DNA from: Craspedostauros australis
Taxonomy: Eukaryota
Length of the DNA: 55,598 nucleotides
NCBI GenBank assembly: GCA_030167865.1
Contig: JALAGF010006116.1
Location: 1 to 55,598 of the forward strand
Direction: 5' to 3'
Position numbers and translations under genes: made by a program. Under the pieces are notes generated by a model. The model saw only the letters and a list, made by a program, of their open reading frames with translations, was not told the DNA's origin and searched no databases. This document shows positions 30,668 to 42,802 of this stretch, one piece after another (positions within the stretch are counted from its first letter, which is position 1; each line of letters starts with the position of its first letter).

Positions 30668-31297
30668 ACCATCAAGTGCGAACACTCCGGGGGCATACTT
30701 GTACGCCACCCTGGCTGAAAGCAGCTAGGCGGAAGATACATAGAGGAGAGAATGGCATTTGAAATGGCCGAAATCCACCATTCGTCAGTAGAGCAATAGA
30801 GACAGTCAGACAGAGAGTAAACATAGAATAAACCATGGTCTGGAAAAGGAAACGGCAATCATTGAACTGGACCTTCGTACTTGTATGTTGCCTCTCAATC
30901 ACGGATCATTTGGCTTGATTGCGCAGGTTGGACGTACGGTGGTCGTCGAGGGATGAAGCATGCAGGATCGCGAAAGCATACTACCACGCCAGCTTCAACA
31001 TCAAACTGTGATTGCGACTGTGACTGTGACTGCGTGCTGTGTCTCGAAGAAGGAATTGAAATGGTCCCTTAAGCCAACTAAGCAGTCGTTCATTGGTCGA
31101 TCGATCGACCGATTGATCCCAGAACACCGCCGCCGTGATTGCCGCGCGAGGTATGCAAATGTGTGATTCATGATGTTCGCTCGAGGAGCATCGAGACGCT
31201 TCGCTTCAACCGGTTAACCCTGGCCGTATTGTCTTGCGATTTTCTCATGCTGTATCTCGTATTGGTGCTCCGCTCTGTAGATCTATATCGTGTTGGT

Positions 31298-32776
31298 CTA
31301 CAACGAGTTCTCATCCATCCCCAGCACTCGTGCAAAGCGTTTCAGCTCTTCGTCTGTCTCGAAGAACACGGCGCCATTCTGCATCCTCTCCATGACGGCA
31401 ACATCCTCCGCCATGTGACGCAACGAGGTGGTTCCAGACAACGGCGTGGCGTATCCCAAAGACATGAGGAAAGCATACATGTACGTCTGCGGCGTCAGGC
31501 CTTTGGCCTCGGCCCATTGTTTGACTTCGTTAGTCGCGAGGGCATCTTTGTTGATGGTGAGGGTCCAGAAGGTTTGGTACTTGATCCCATGCTCCTTGCA
31601 GAATGCGCGCAGCTCGGGGTCGAAGTTGGTTTGCGAGTAGAAGCGATTCTGCAGGACCTTTGGCTTGTGCTTCGCGACTTTGTACAGCCACTTGAAGTGC
31701 TCGGCATCGTAACAGTTGGAGATTCCGAGCTGCTTCACCATGCCATCGTCCACGGCCTCTTCCATCGCGCGCCAAGCCTTGAGGGTGTCATCGCCGTCTT
31801 CGTAGGGACTGTGCAGCACCCAGGAATCGAGATAGTCGGTGTGGAGGTTCTTCAACGACGTCTTCAATGAAATGGAGACTTGGGTCGGGATGGGATCATG
31901 GAGATCGTACGGCATGTTGTTGTGATCCTGACCGTTGGGAGGCGTGAACTTCGTCTGCAAGAAAAAGTCCTCTCGATTCAGTCCCAGGTCCTGCGCGGCC
32001 GAAGTCCAGCCGTCGCCCACCCCCGGCTCATTGTAATGCCTCGGCTGGCACGCTGTGTCAATGAAGCGGAAGCCCGAATGCACTGCCTGGCTAACAAATT
32101 TGGCAGTTTGCTCCTTCTTCCACGCCGTGCCGTACAGTAAATACGGTTTGTTGCTATGCGCCACCGAAAATGCTGATGTGGGAGATGCGGCGTCTACCAT
32201 GTGGATGGAAGCATATGCCTTTTCCTGGGAGAGTTGTTCGCATCCAACGAGTATCGGTTTGGTATGGTATTATATGTTATGGTATGATATGCATATTGAA
32301 CGCAGAGAGAGAAAGTGGAATGGAAAGACTAACGTGAGTGCTTGTGTTTTGATGAGTGCGGATCCATGTACCTTCGAGTACTTGCAATAGGACGTATGCG
32401 CGCTCCCCTTGTCACAAAAATGAACGCATACTCGAGCTTATGCTTGACCACATATAGTGCTTGAAGGCAGGCATGAACTTGAACCGATGCATCAACGCAG
32501 AGGCACGAATCATCGCATGGATCACCCCGCGAATCTTCGGCAAGCAACTCTGACACAGATATAATACCATCGAAAGGGCAACAATATCAAACCACGAAGC
32601 ATCTGTCGCAAACACACCTCCCAGGAACGGACCATGAGGTATAAGCCGAAGCAAAGGAAGATGAGCGTCACCTGCAGCACGACCAAATAGTGCCGGTTGA
32701 ACGTCATGTGACGAAGAAAGATCTTTGCTCCGCTGTCGGAGGGATGGGCCCGCGGTGCTCTCTTCACTCGAACCAT
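31298..32776 (-). CDS. Aldo-keto reductase family protein, probably with an N-terminal membrane-anchor exon (about 361 aa)
   Basis: Core LLYGTAWK, IDTACQPRHY, LQTKF, LDSWVLHSP, LGISN (32224-31298). Proposed exon 1 (32776-32618, hydrophobic LVVLQVTLIFLCFGLYLMV) joins in phase 0 via GT..CAG; exon 1 is less certain. Confidence 0.85.
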
Positions 32777-33377
32777 TGCTTATGTCTCTGAGCGTGTCGT
32801 TCCTGTTGCAGTTGCTTCTGTTATTCCCTCGTCGTCCTCGTGTGGTTGGTCCTTCTCCCTTGCGTAGACCTGCGCTTTTTCCTTCGTGTTGGTGCGATGT
32901 GATGTGATGTGATGTGGGATGGGATCACCCTCCCTCTTGCTTGCGGTCTCTCTCTTTCTGTTGGTGTTGGTGACTCCTTCGTTGTGGTGTTCTTGTTCTT
33001 GTTGTTGTTGTTTTTGTGTTCTTGTCTTGTTTTGACGACAGATATCTTGTGTGGTCCAAGTGGTCAAGTAGTATTACGGGACTAGATTTATATTTCGTTC
33101 ACGGACATCATCGATGCTCTCAATCGTGTCAATCCACATTCCCACAAATCCAAAACAAGTTCCCAATCCATCCCAAACCCTCGGTCTGGGAACATGATCA
33201 TCATGTTCCGTTGCAACTCCCCTCCCTTTCCTCTTGTCAACATCATGCCCATTCTCTCCTGAAACGCCAGAGAAACAGAACAGCAAGTGGTTGTGCTCAT
33301 ACTATTATAATACATCATATTGTGAAAGACTTGATCCAACTATTCTATTCTATTTCCAGAATCACACCTCCATCATC

Positions 33378-33779
33378 ATGCAACGTCAAATCGTCTCCAG
33401 CGGAACGAGCTTCGAAAAGAAGTTCGGATATTCCCGTGTTGTCAAGACCGGCAACCAGATCTTCGTCTCCGGAACTGTCGCTGCCGGGCCAGATGGTCTT
33501 GTCGGTGCGGGTGACGCCGCTGCTCAGGCTCGATTCGCACTCAAGAAGATTGGGACTGCGCTGGAGCAGCTGGGCAGCGGCCTCGGCGACGTGGTGCGCA
33601 CCAGGTCTTACGTCTCGGATCGTGCGAATGCCGTGGCGGTTGCCGAGGTTCATGGCGAAGTGTTCGGCAACATCCGTCCTTGCAACACGCTCGTCATTGC
33701 GCAGCTCATCGAAGAGCAGTACCTCGTGGAGATCGAGGTCGATGCTGTTCTCGGATCGGCATCCCCGATCGAATCCTAG
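33378..33779 (+). CDS. Rid/YjgF/YER057c/UK114 family protein, GYSR-type (133 aa)
   Basis: SSGTSFEKKFGYSRVVKTGNQIFVSGT, DVVRTR, FGNIRPCNT, LVEIEVDA; intronless. Confidence 0.9.
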   Translation: MQRQIVSSGTSFEKKFGYSRVVKTGNQIFVSGTVAAGPDGLVGAGDAAAQARFALKKIGTALEQLGSGLGDVVRTRSYVSDRANAVAVAEVHGEVFGNIRPCNTLVIAQLIEEQYLVEIEVDAVLGSASPIES

Positions 33780-34341
33780 AGAGAGAGAGGGGGAGTGGTT
33801 CGAGTGCCTACTGGTACAGTCATGTCAACCAACCGCGCTGGCCGCATTCTCGATGAAGTTGTTGAGATGAGACATGTAATATGATATAATGGTTCAGGAC
33901 ATGCCAATGACAGGTTCAATAGGAGTCCATGCCTTGGAGCCATAGAACGGATAGGGTGTGATCGGTTGCCAAGCACTATGCAATTCAATCAATCACATTA
34001 GACTCTGCGACATATGTACGACCTACTCGTACGTCCAGATGGAAACAACGTCCGAGTATTCCGGAGGGAGCAGCACGAGTATGTCGCAGAGAAGGTCCCA
34101 GTTGTCCTTCTTATAACCGCAGTGTAAACAGCCACAGACAAACCACACACACATCATGCACACACCATATTCATACCCAAAAGCGCACACGGGCACAACC
34201 AATGTAAGAGTAGATCCACATTCTGATCTACCATACTCGCAGAGCTCGTAATGCTCACATAGAACTCCGCTGTGATCCCCCCAATTGACAAGCACCGGCA
34301 AGCTACGAATCGGTCATGTTTGGAACCTTCCCCCGTTGCCA

Positions 34342-37300
34342 TTAGTCAATCACCGTAATCTCCGGCGGTTTGTCATCCTTCTTGACACGGGCCCCGCTGT
34401 TTGCGTTCGCGGCTCGAGCCTTGTACCGCAGTTTGTTGGGTGGCAACAGGACGTACGTTTTGTCGCCACGGAATTCCACGCGGTTGCGCGATGACGATGC
34501 GTCAGCCTTGAACTTCTCCACCGCGGATTTCGTTAGCGCACAGACTTCCAGGTCCTGGTAATTCAGAAATTCCTCGCACGAAGCGCATCTCCACCGTCCA
34601 CCGCAGACGATCGCATTGGACGACATGAAGTTGAACAGGTCAAAGCACTGCGGATTGTTGCGTTGCGGTCGAGAATGGAAACAAAGGATGTCAGATCAAC
34701 ATTCAAACATACTAGAGTAACGAGCACATCACATGGTGAGCCGCATTCACAGCCATAATCACAGGCACATTCACAACGGCATGACTATTCGGCGACAGGA
34801 AAATCAACGAAGCGTACCTGAAAGTGCTTGCATTGCCGTCCACGCACAGGAGTTTCCATGATGGTTTTGGAAATGGGACAGGTGAGCGTGAAGACAAATT
34901 TGCCACTGTCTTGCCCGGCGGAGTCACCTTCATCGTCGCTGTCCAAGATGCAGATGTTTTGCGTCTGAACCAGCTTCATCGCGACGGCCGTACTCTCTTC
35001 GAGCGTGCGTTGATGGATGGGCTGCATCTGGAACAGAGTCTTCGGGATGGTGGAACCTGGCAGGGCACCAAGATTCTGCATGGCACGGCTCACCGTCTGC
35101 GGTGAACGGTATTCACACAGAGAGATGCTGATGAGGAAGAGATTGGTATCGTAGCAGCACATCTTCATTGGAAGTTGGATCGACCCGTCGGTACCGACCT
35201 TGTCCTTCGAGGCATTGACGACGTAGCTAGTGATGTCGAGGGGCTTTGAAAGTAGCTTCCAAAGTCTTGGGTCGTGGGCCTGCTGCTTGCGCTGGGAGAG
35301 ATGCACAGGCGTATTGTCAATCGTGAGGAATGTACCGATCGGCCACAAGTGGCCGTCGCCCCGCTTCTTCTTTTTCAGTGCTTGCTCGGCGTCTTCCTGC
35401 AAGGGCAACATGCGAAGCAAGACACGCTTGTCCCCATCTCGCAATGTGCTACCGCTGGTGTCGTACGATACTTGCAGCACCTTCTGCACTTGTGAGTTAA
35501 ATTTCGCCACCACGAACGCTGCGGTTCGCGGCACATATGTCGCAATAGGTAGCATTTTGACTGTATAGAGCGATTGATTTGTCGAGAATCGGGGTGGATC
35601 AATTTGCTTCGTGAATGCTGCTTGGACTGGTGCAGTACATGCGATCACGTGAGGTTGCAAGACCATCCAGTTGGGGTCCCAAATGTGCAACCGTCTACCC
35701 AAGCTTCTCGAGAGGTCTGGGTTGAGAGAATGTCGTATGAATGTCAGCATGCATGGTAGGCGGCCTTCCAATGCACCGGAGTATATCTTGTTGTTGCTCT
35801 CCCCCGCCAGAACTATTGTCTTTACATCAGCCGTCCTTTGCGGTCTGGAAATGGGGACGTTCACCTTGGCCGGTTGCGGTTGATGTGTTTGCTTCTGCTG
35901 CTGATCTGGCTGCTCCTGCTGTGAGATGCGGGGGGTGCCATTGATTGATGCTGGGTTCTGTGCCAGCGGATGATCCCCAGCTCTTCGGCGTTTGTTGATG
36001 TCGATGTCGTTGTCGTTACCACTGCGTCCCACGCCACTGCGAACTTGGTGGTCACGCGTTGCGTTTGCATTGTTTGATTCGGCGGTGGCACGATTTCGTT
36101 TGGAACCAGCGCGCGGGCTTTCTGACAGGCGACTGCGCGCCTGAACCAGGAATCGGCGGAGCCAGGGGATGACTGTGGCATTAGAAGCAAATACTTTTCG
36201 TTTTGGGAGGAAGAACTGTCTGTTGTTGTCTTCATTGATCATCCAGTCTGCGATGTCGTTGGTGTTTCTGTTCGGAATCTTGCTACAATCATAGAGGAAA
36301 TTGCGGAATTCGATGGAACCCTGATTCATATCCTTGCGTTCGAGGAAGTCGTCATACATGATGATGACGTTTGGGCCAAGCGCAGGAACACCGGCCCTCT
36401 GCGGTTCTTGTATGCGAGGTGGCTGGAAGGCCTGCTGTGCCACAACTCCATTCGATTGGCGTGCCTGATGGTGTGCTTGTACTGGCAGCGGCTGTCGACC
36501 ACGAGGTTGCACGTTTGCGCTCATCGTCACCGGGCTTGGAGGAAAAGGTCGAGGTTGTAGCGACTGCTGCGCTTGTTGGCGCTGCTGAAATTGTTGTTGT
36601 TGTTGCTGCTGCTGAAATTGTTGCTGTTGCTGTTGAAATTGGTGTTGGTGTGGTTGTTGCTGGTGAAAATGTCGCACCTGGTCTTCGGGGTACTCCACCC
36701 GCTGCACCTCTTGTTGCTGTGCCTGTTGCTGTGCCTGTTGCTGTGCCTGTTGCTGTGCCTGTTGCTGCGCCTGTTGCTGTGCCTGCTGCTGTGCCTGTAC
36801 CTGTACCTGTTGCTGTGCATGTTGTCGAATGAGCTGTTGAAGTTGCAGATTTTTCTGATCGAGCGCCTGCTTGTACTTGTGCGCCTTGTCCACCAACTGA
36901 TTGTACCGTTGTTGTTCTGCTCGTCGTTGTGCATGATGGTGTTCCTTTTGCTGGGTTAGCTGCTGAAGATGTTGCTCTTTCTGCTGGATTGTTTGCTGGT
37001 GTTGCCGCAGCTGCTCTTCGAGTTGCTCCAGCCGTCGCTGCTGCTTTGCGCCAGCAGACTCCGGGTCAAGCACCCGGAGCGCTTGCTCGGAGCGTCCTGC
37101 CAGACCGTTGACCTGCTTCCGCTTTTCATTTTCGAGTCGCAAGATCCAATCGTAGATCTTCTTCTCTTTCTTGCGCTGGGTCTTGAGGAACCACTTGACT
37201 GTGATGCGGATGTCGTTCTTGATTCGGTTGAGGCTTTCTACCATCCCGCACGGCTTCCACTTGACAGAGTTGGGGTCGGTGGTGTGAGCATCGAATGGCT

Positions 37301-38225
37301 CGGTGGCAATGAGAGTGTGGATGCCACTCTGCATCATCTGATCCATGATCTGCTGGGCGCATGCTTCCGAGTCCGATTGCAGCGTTGGCTTGTCCATGGT
37401 GTCCACCAAAGCTTTGGCGTATGCGCGGTTGGAGATGGAGGTTCTGGTGTCGTCTGAGAAGTGTATGTGGCTTTGATCAGAGCGGAAGTTGAATGGGGCG
37501 CCGGCGGTTGCGCTTTGATCATCCTGCAGCAGCAGCGTGTCTGGTGTTAGCTGCAGCGAAGCATGTTGTTGGAGGTGGTACGACATGTACTCCTGCACCA
37601 GCGAATCCTCGTCCTGGGCATTCTCACCATCCGCAGGAGTTGCAACAGCCCGCGCTGGGGCATCATCCACCTTGTCGGTTTGGCACGCCGCATTGACCTT
37701 GTCAACAGCTGACGACGATGGTGACGACGACGATGTCGCAGCTGCAGCTGCAGGTGCAGTGGTCTTTGGACGCAACGTCATGACTGCCGAATTGGTGCGG
37801 TTGAGCAGTTGACGTACAAGATCCAAGGACGCACGACGGCTCGCCGCCGAAGCGGATGCATTCTGGGCGCGGTGCAGATGCGTGGCCAGGAGACACCGAA
37901 TGCGCGCTACCGGATCTTCGATGGTGTCCACATCTTGCGGCATCTGGTCATCCATGGCAGCGACGGCCAGGAAGGAATGCAGGATATCTTCCCGCGGCGA
38001 TGTGCCGTCCGTGTCGCGCTGCGCAATCTCAGACTTGATTTGTTGCTTCATGCCTTGCCACGAGTGCACGGTCATGAGGCGGATGAGCTGCGAGTCGAGC
38101 GAGGAGAACTGCTTGCATCTCTCATCCACTACCTTCCACAGTCTTTGGTTCTTCTGCGTGGCCTTCATCTTCTGGTCTCCATGATTGGCAGCAGTGGATG
38201 GGGTTCGAGTGTTGGAGGCAGCCAT
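34342..38225 (-). CDS. SP-RING (zf-MIZ) protein, Siz/PIAS-like SUMO E3 ligase (about 1237 aa, 2 exons)
   Basis: LTCPISKTIMETPVRGRQCKHFQ|CFDL...WRCASC assembled across intron 34817-34648. Q-rich middle; SIM-like ICILDSDDE and C-terminal ITVID. Start codon uncertain (38225, 38246 or 38339). Confidence 0.85.
36712..36795 (-). repeat. 12-bp coding tandem repeat encoding (AQQQ)x7
   Basis: TGTTGCTGTGCC-like unit repeated about 7 times inside the SP-RING gene. Confidence 0.9.
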
Positions 38226-38582
38226 CCCGTCTGCTGTCTGCTGCATGCACTCGTGCACTGTATTGTGCAGTGTGTTGTATTGTATTGTGTTGTATCGTAT
38301 TCGCGCAATGGTGATGTTATGTGCTTGTGCTTGTGCCAACTCCGGACTTCCGCACCTGCCCTGTGTGTGGCAAGCACGACCGTTGGCTGGTTCCTCTCCG
38401 CGGATACTCGTCTGTCCTCGTCTGTGCTTGTATCGAGTGATCGTATCTATTGTATTGTATTCTATGATCGTTCCGAATGGTTGGAAGATGACAGCACTCC
38501 AACTAACGATGCCGCCCTTCGCTTCTCTTCACTTTGGTCTTGCTTTGCTGTTGCACAATGGCTCTGCTGCGCTGCGCTGCGG

Positions 38583-38614
38583 GTGATGTGATGTGATGTG
38601 ATGTGATGTGATGT
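38583..38614. repeat. (GTGAT)6 microsatellite
   Basis: Direct reading; shorter arrays of the same unit lie near 32896 and 41152. Confidence 0.9.
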
Positions 38615-40385
38615 TGCTCAGCTATCTCTCCCTCTGTACCCCGTCTTGCTTGTGGATGCGCGCCAAGAAGTCTTGATGGGCTGCTTGGCGTGAGTCTCGG
38701 CACAGGCAGGCCACTCGCGTAGGCATCAATCATGTGGCTCCTCCGACCGCGAGTCCTGTCTTCGGTGTTGCTTTCTTGGTGTGTGTGGGAGAATGATCAT
38801 TCTTGACTTATTTTTTTGGCGGTTGTGTGTTTGTTGCCTTCTTCAGACTTTGAATATGGGACTTGTCAAGTACATGAAAGGCGACTTGAGCGACCAGAAC
38901 TGTACTTCCGATTTCGTGATTGACTTGACGTGTCACGTTCCGATGGTGACGTGGGATGTGGATGACACGCTGTTGCTGGTTAGGGAGTCGTTGAGTCCCT
39001 AGTGAGATCGTTGCATCTGTGAACAAGATTCCCTGATAGTCTATTCCCATGTTGCACCGATTAGTTCCACGTGAGTCAAGGGAATCAGGGAATGGACGAT
39101 ACGTGATGATAACACTGGGTTCACAAATTGGCGTGCTGGTTGCAAAACAGGAGACCTGGCAGATGGCGATCTCATTGGCTTGTCATCATGTCGCGTTGGT
39201 CCTCGTCACACCACTGTTCGCGCTGACTGGTGAATCGATTGGGCGTGTTGTTGAACAGATGGCGATGCCGTGGTCGTCGTGTTTGTTGTGGCCGTTGTTG
39301 TTGGCGGGTGAGTTGTGCCGTGGTGGAGTGAACGGAGGATGAAAGGAACGAAAACGCATCGCGTCATGTTGTCGTCGTTCCATCTCTCTCTCTCTCTCTT
39401 GTGTGGCGTTGACCTCGGGAGCCGATCTGGTTTGATTTGATTTGATCTGATTCGGTGTTCCAGTTGAACCGAGCCGACCCTGACCCGACCTGAGTTGAGA
39501 GTTGGACAGTTTGTTGACCACGAAAAGCGCGGGACGCTTGGGCAAGAGCCGGAAGAAGAAGAAAGTCAGGAATAGACTAGACTATTGGCAACTCGTAGAC
39601 GAACCAGTCAGCCAGAGAGCGAGTCCTACGGGTTATCGGAACAGCCAACCACCAGATACAGAAACACAACAAAGTGGAAAACGCAAAATCGAAGCATCGG
39701 CACCCAAACAGAGTAGTTGAAGAGTACCATCGTTGGCACTATCGTTGGCACCGCCGATTGCATTCTCAGTGTTTGCAGCGTGCAGTAAAGTATCGTCTAC
39801 AGCACTCTCTCTGGAGCATACGAGTGCAATTACAACTAGCATACGTCCATCCTTGCAGAGCCAACGAAGGTTCAAGGACAGTCATCGCACGCATCGACGT
39901 TGCCGCGATCAGAGGAGACCAGCACAGAACACGCAACACAGAACGCACAACACGCAACACACAACCACTGAAGATTGCCTCATTTCTTTGTCGCACAGCA
40001 CTGTTCTTCGTCGCACCTTCGCAGTCAAGCACAGTCTGCACAACAACTACGATAGCACAGGAGGAGTGATTCGAGAGCGATCAACATCAGATCGCACAGA
40101 GCACCCAGCCTTTGCATCAGCGGCCTTTGGAATTGCTTCTATTTCGCCCCACGCACAAGCACATTTGGAACTGCGTGTAATTTCTTCGCGGCTAGGTCAT
40201 CCGACGCTCCATCCAAAAGACGTTTCCGACGTCATCCGACCTGAGCGCTTCGCCTCATAAAATCAAAAACCTCTCCGACGGTTGAGTTCACCATCAGAAC
40301 AGACACAGACAGACACAGATACAAACGCAGATACAAACACAAACCCAATCATAAACACAACCACAACCAGCAATCATAAAACAAC

Positions 40386-41834
40386 ATGAACACAAAAACG
40401 GCCACAAAGATGAACGGTGTTACCGTCGCCGCCAACGGCAAACCCAAGCACATGCCAAAGCCACCATCGCTATTGGCACGATACTCCTGCGCCACCGTCA
40501 TGGTCGGCGTCATGGGTCTCTGGACCAAATACGCCTTCCTCCCCGAAGACGAGACGCCATCGATAGCCATGCCGATGCATTCCTACAAAATCCCGCTGGC
40601 ATTCTCTCTCTCCTACTGCATCGCGTTGCCCGTCCTGCGATACCTCGCGCAGAACTACTTCCTCCATTGGACGGACATGAAACTGCTCCTGCGGGAGACC
40701 ATGATTCTCTACAATCTCGCCCAGGTCCTGCTCAACGCATACACCGTCTACCTCATCATCGTGGCCGTCACGCAGAACAACCATCCCTTCGTGGGAGAGA
40801 CGAACCTCGTCACGTCCGGCGCCACCTACGCCGTCTGGCTTCATTACGCCGACAAGTACCTCGAGTTCATGGACACGGCCTTCATGGAGCTCAAGGGAAG
40901 AGTCCAGCAGGTAAGAACCATCATTCCAACTGCAATTTGCGGCTGCAACCGCAAGAATTGTCATTCCATCGCATTTCACGGAACTCCGCATTGCATTGCG
41001 TGTTGCGCATTGTCGACATCTCTTGTTTCGCCTGTGTGCCCAATCACTCAGGATTTGGCGCCAAATTGCGCCTGGTCACGTTCCTCCCGGCAAAAGGATG
41101 GCGGCCTCATCAGAGAGAGGTACAGGAGCAATGCACGATGAGCACCGACGTGTGATGTGATGATGTATTTGCATGCGCTCTCTCAAGCAGTTTGGATGTT
41201 CCACTCACCTCCCTTCGCATAATCATTCATTCATTGTTTCATCCATCCATCTATCCAATGCTCCGCAATCCCGTTTTGTTATTTCGCAACGCACGCCGTC
41301 AATTTCATTCCATTCCATCGGAACACGTGCGCACAGGTCTCATTTCTGCACGTATACCATCACGTCTCCATACCGTGGGCCTGGTGGATCGCCCTCACCT
41401 TCTGGCCGGGTGGTGACTGCTACTTCGGAGCGCTGCTCAATTCCCTCATCCACGTCATCATGTACACGCATTACTTCGTCACCGCGGCGTTCCAGGTCGA
41501 TGCGCCATGGAAGTCATACATTACGAAAGCGCAGATGCTGCAGTTCGTTCTCGTCATCGCTTACTCCGTCCTCTCCCTGGGCACCCTGTATAGCCGCAAC
41601 GAGCTCGAATTCGTGCACGTGCAGTGCCTCTTCACGCAGGTCTTCGAGATGACATCCCTCCTCGGCCTCTTCTACGCCTTCCACCAAAAGTCCTACAAAA
41701 AGAAAAAGACGGTCAGAGCCAAAGCGGTCAGCGCGCCAAGGAAAGAGGCGGCCCTACGCAGCAACAGCCTGGAGACGGTCTCGGACGATTCCGACAGCAG
41801 CAGCGGCGGTGGCACGGACAAGAAGGATCAATAA
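40386..41834 (+). CDS. ELO/GNS1/SUR4 fatty acid elongase, resembling diatom delta-5 (C20) PUFA elongases (340 aa, 2 exons)
   Basis: Exons 40386-40910 and 41337-41834. Motifs KYLEFMDT, VSFLHVYHH, GALLNSLIHVIMYTHY, ITKAQMLQF; C-terminal di-lysine DKKDQ. Confidence 0.92.
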
Positions 41835-42802
41835 AGAATGGGATCGCCGGCATATCCGGATGCTTGCGGACGTACACATGTACGTACGTATGTGCATTCC
41901 TCAATGTATGATATTCCTGCACTCATCCTGGCTATTACTATTAAAAGATGAACAATGACAATGGAACAGAGGGGCGTGCATCTCATGCAATGCTGCTTCC
42001 AGCGAGGCGTGAGTATAGTATGGAGACGTATTCCAGTATTCTCCTGTGTGTTTCGGAAGAGAATGAATGCACACAAGCACCGATGAATCTACGCAGGACA
42101 TGGAAACAGTGTTGATGACATGCCAACATCTCCGTCGCAGAAACAATAGCAGCGTGCAAGTAAGAATGCATGCGTGCATCCCTGTGTGAACTTCAGCTTC
42201 GCTCCGACCCTGCACTTTCGAAAGGTAAACAAAACAAAGAATAGCACCGTACGAGTACATACTATTATATCATGCAAACGTTTTCGTCATGCGCGCGAAT
42301 GTGCGTCTGGTTGGTTCAAATTGGAATTGAATGGGACGGTGAGTGCTAGTCCTCCGGAGAGCGCTCCATCAACTTCCTCCCCAGCATCTATCACGATGGT
42401 TGCCAGCCTCATGGATGCGGAGGTATGACGGGTGGTTGCTCGTTGAAAAGTTACACTCGCACTTTGACATACACGTATGTACATAGGGACTCAATACTCG
42501 ATGCATATTTGTGAGATGGGTACCTCCTCCATGTGCTCATCAAGGGAGAGAGAGAGCAGTTATCGTCGTTTCCCACCGTTCTCCACATCCAGTCCAACTC
42601 TTTACGATTGGAGAGACTGCAATTCAATTGCTGTTTGTGATTTTGGGTTTAGAATCTATTATATGATGCTTACTTATCTATTATAGAGCGTCTTCCCCTC
42701 TCGTTCTTCATGCTTGTGCATCTACCACATACCATACACAGAGTATGTATATTTCCATAAAGTACCCTTCCAATTCAATGGACAGTCGTTCAACCATTCC
42801 CT

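Noticed and set aside
33790..33812. GGTTCGAGTGCC, resembling a tRNA T-loop/B-box
   Set aside because: No cloverleaf, A-box or acceptor stem; lies in a 3' UTR.
40876..40896. FMEL instead of the usual FMVL in the elongase, and EQGLH instead of EMGLH in ZDS
   Set aside because: Single substitutions outside the core catalytic motifs; cannot be interpreted without alignments.
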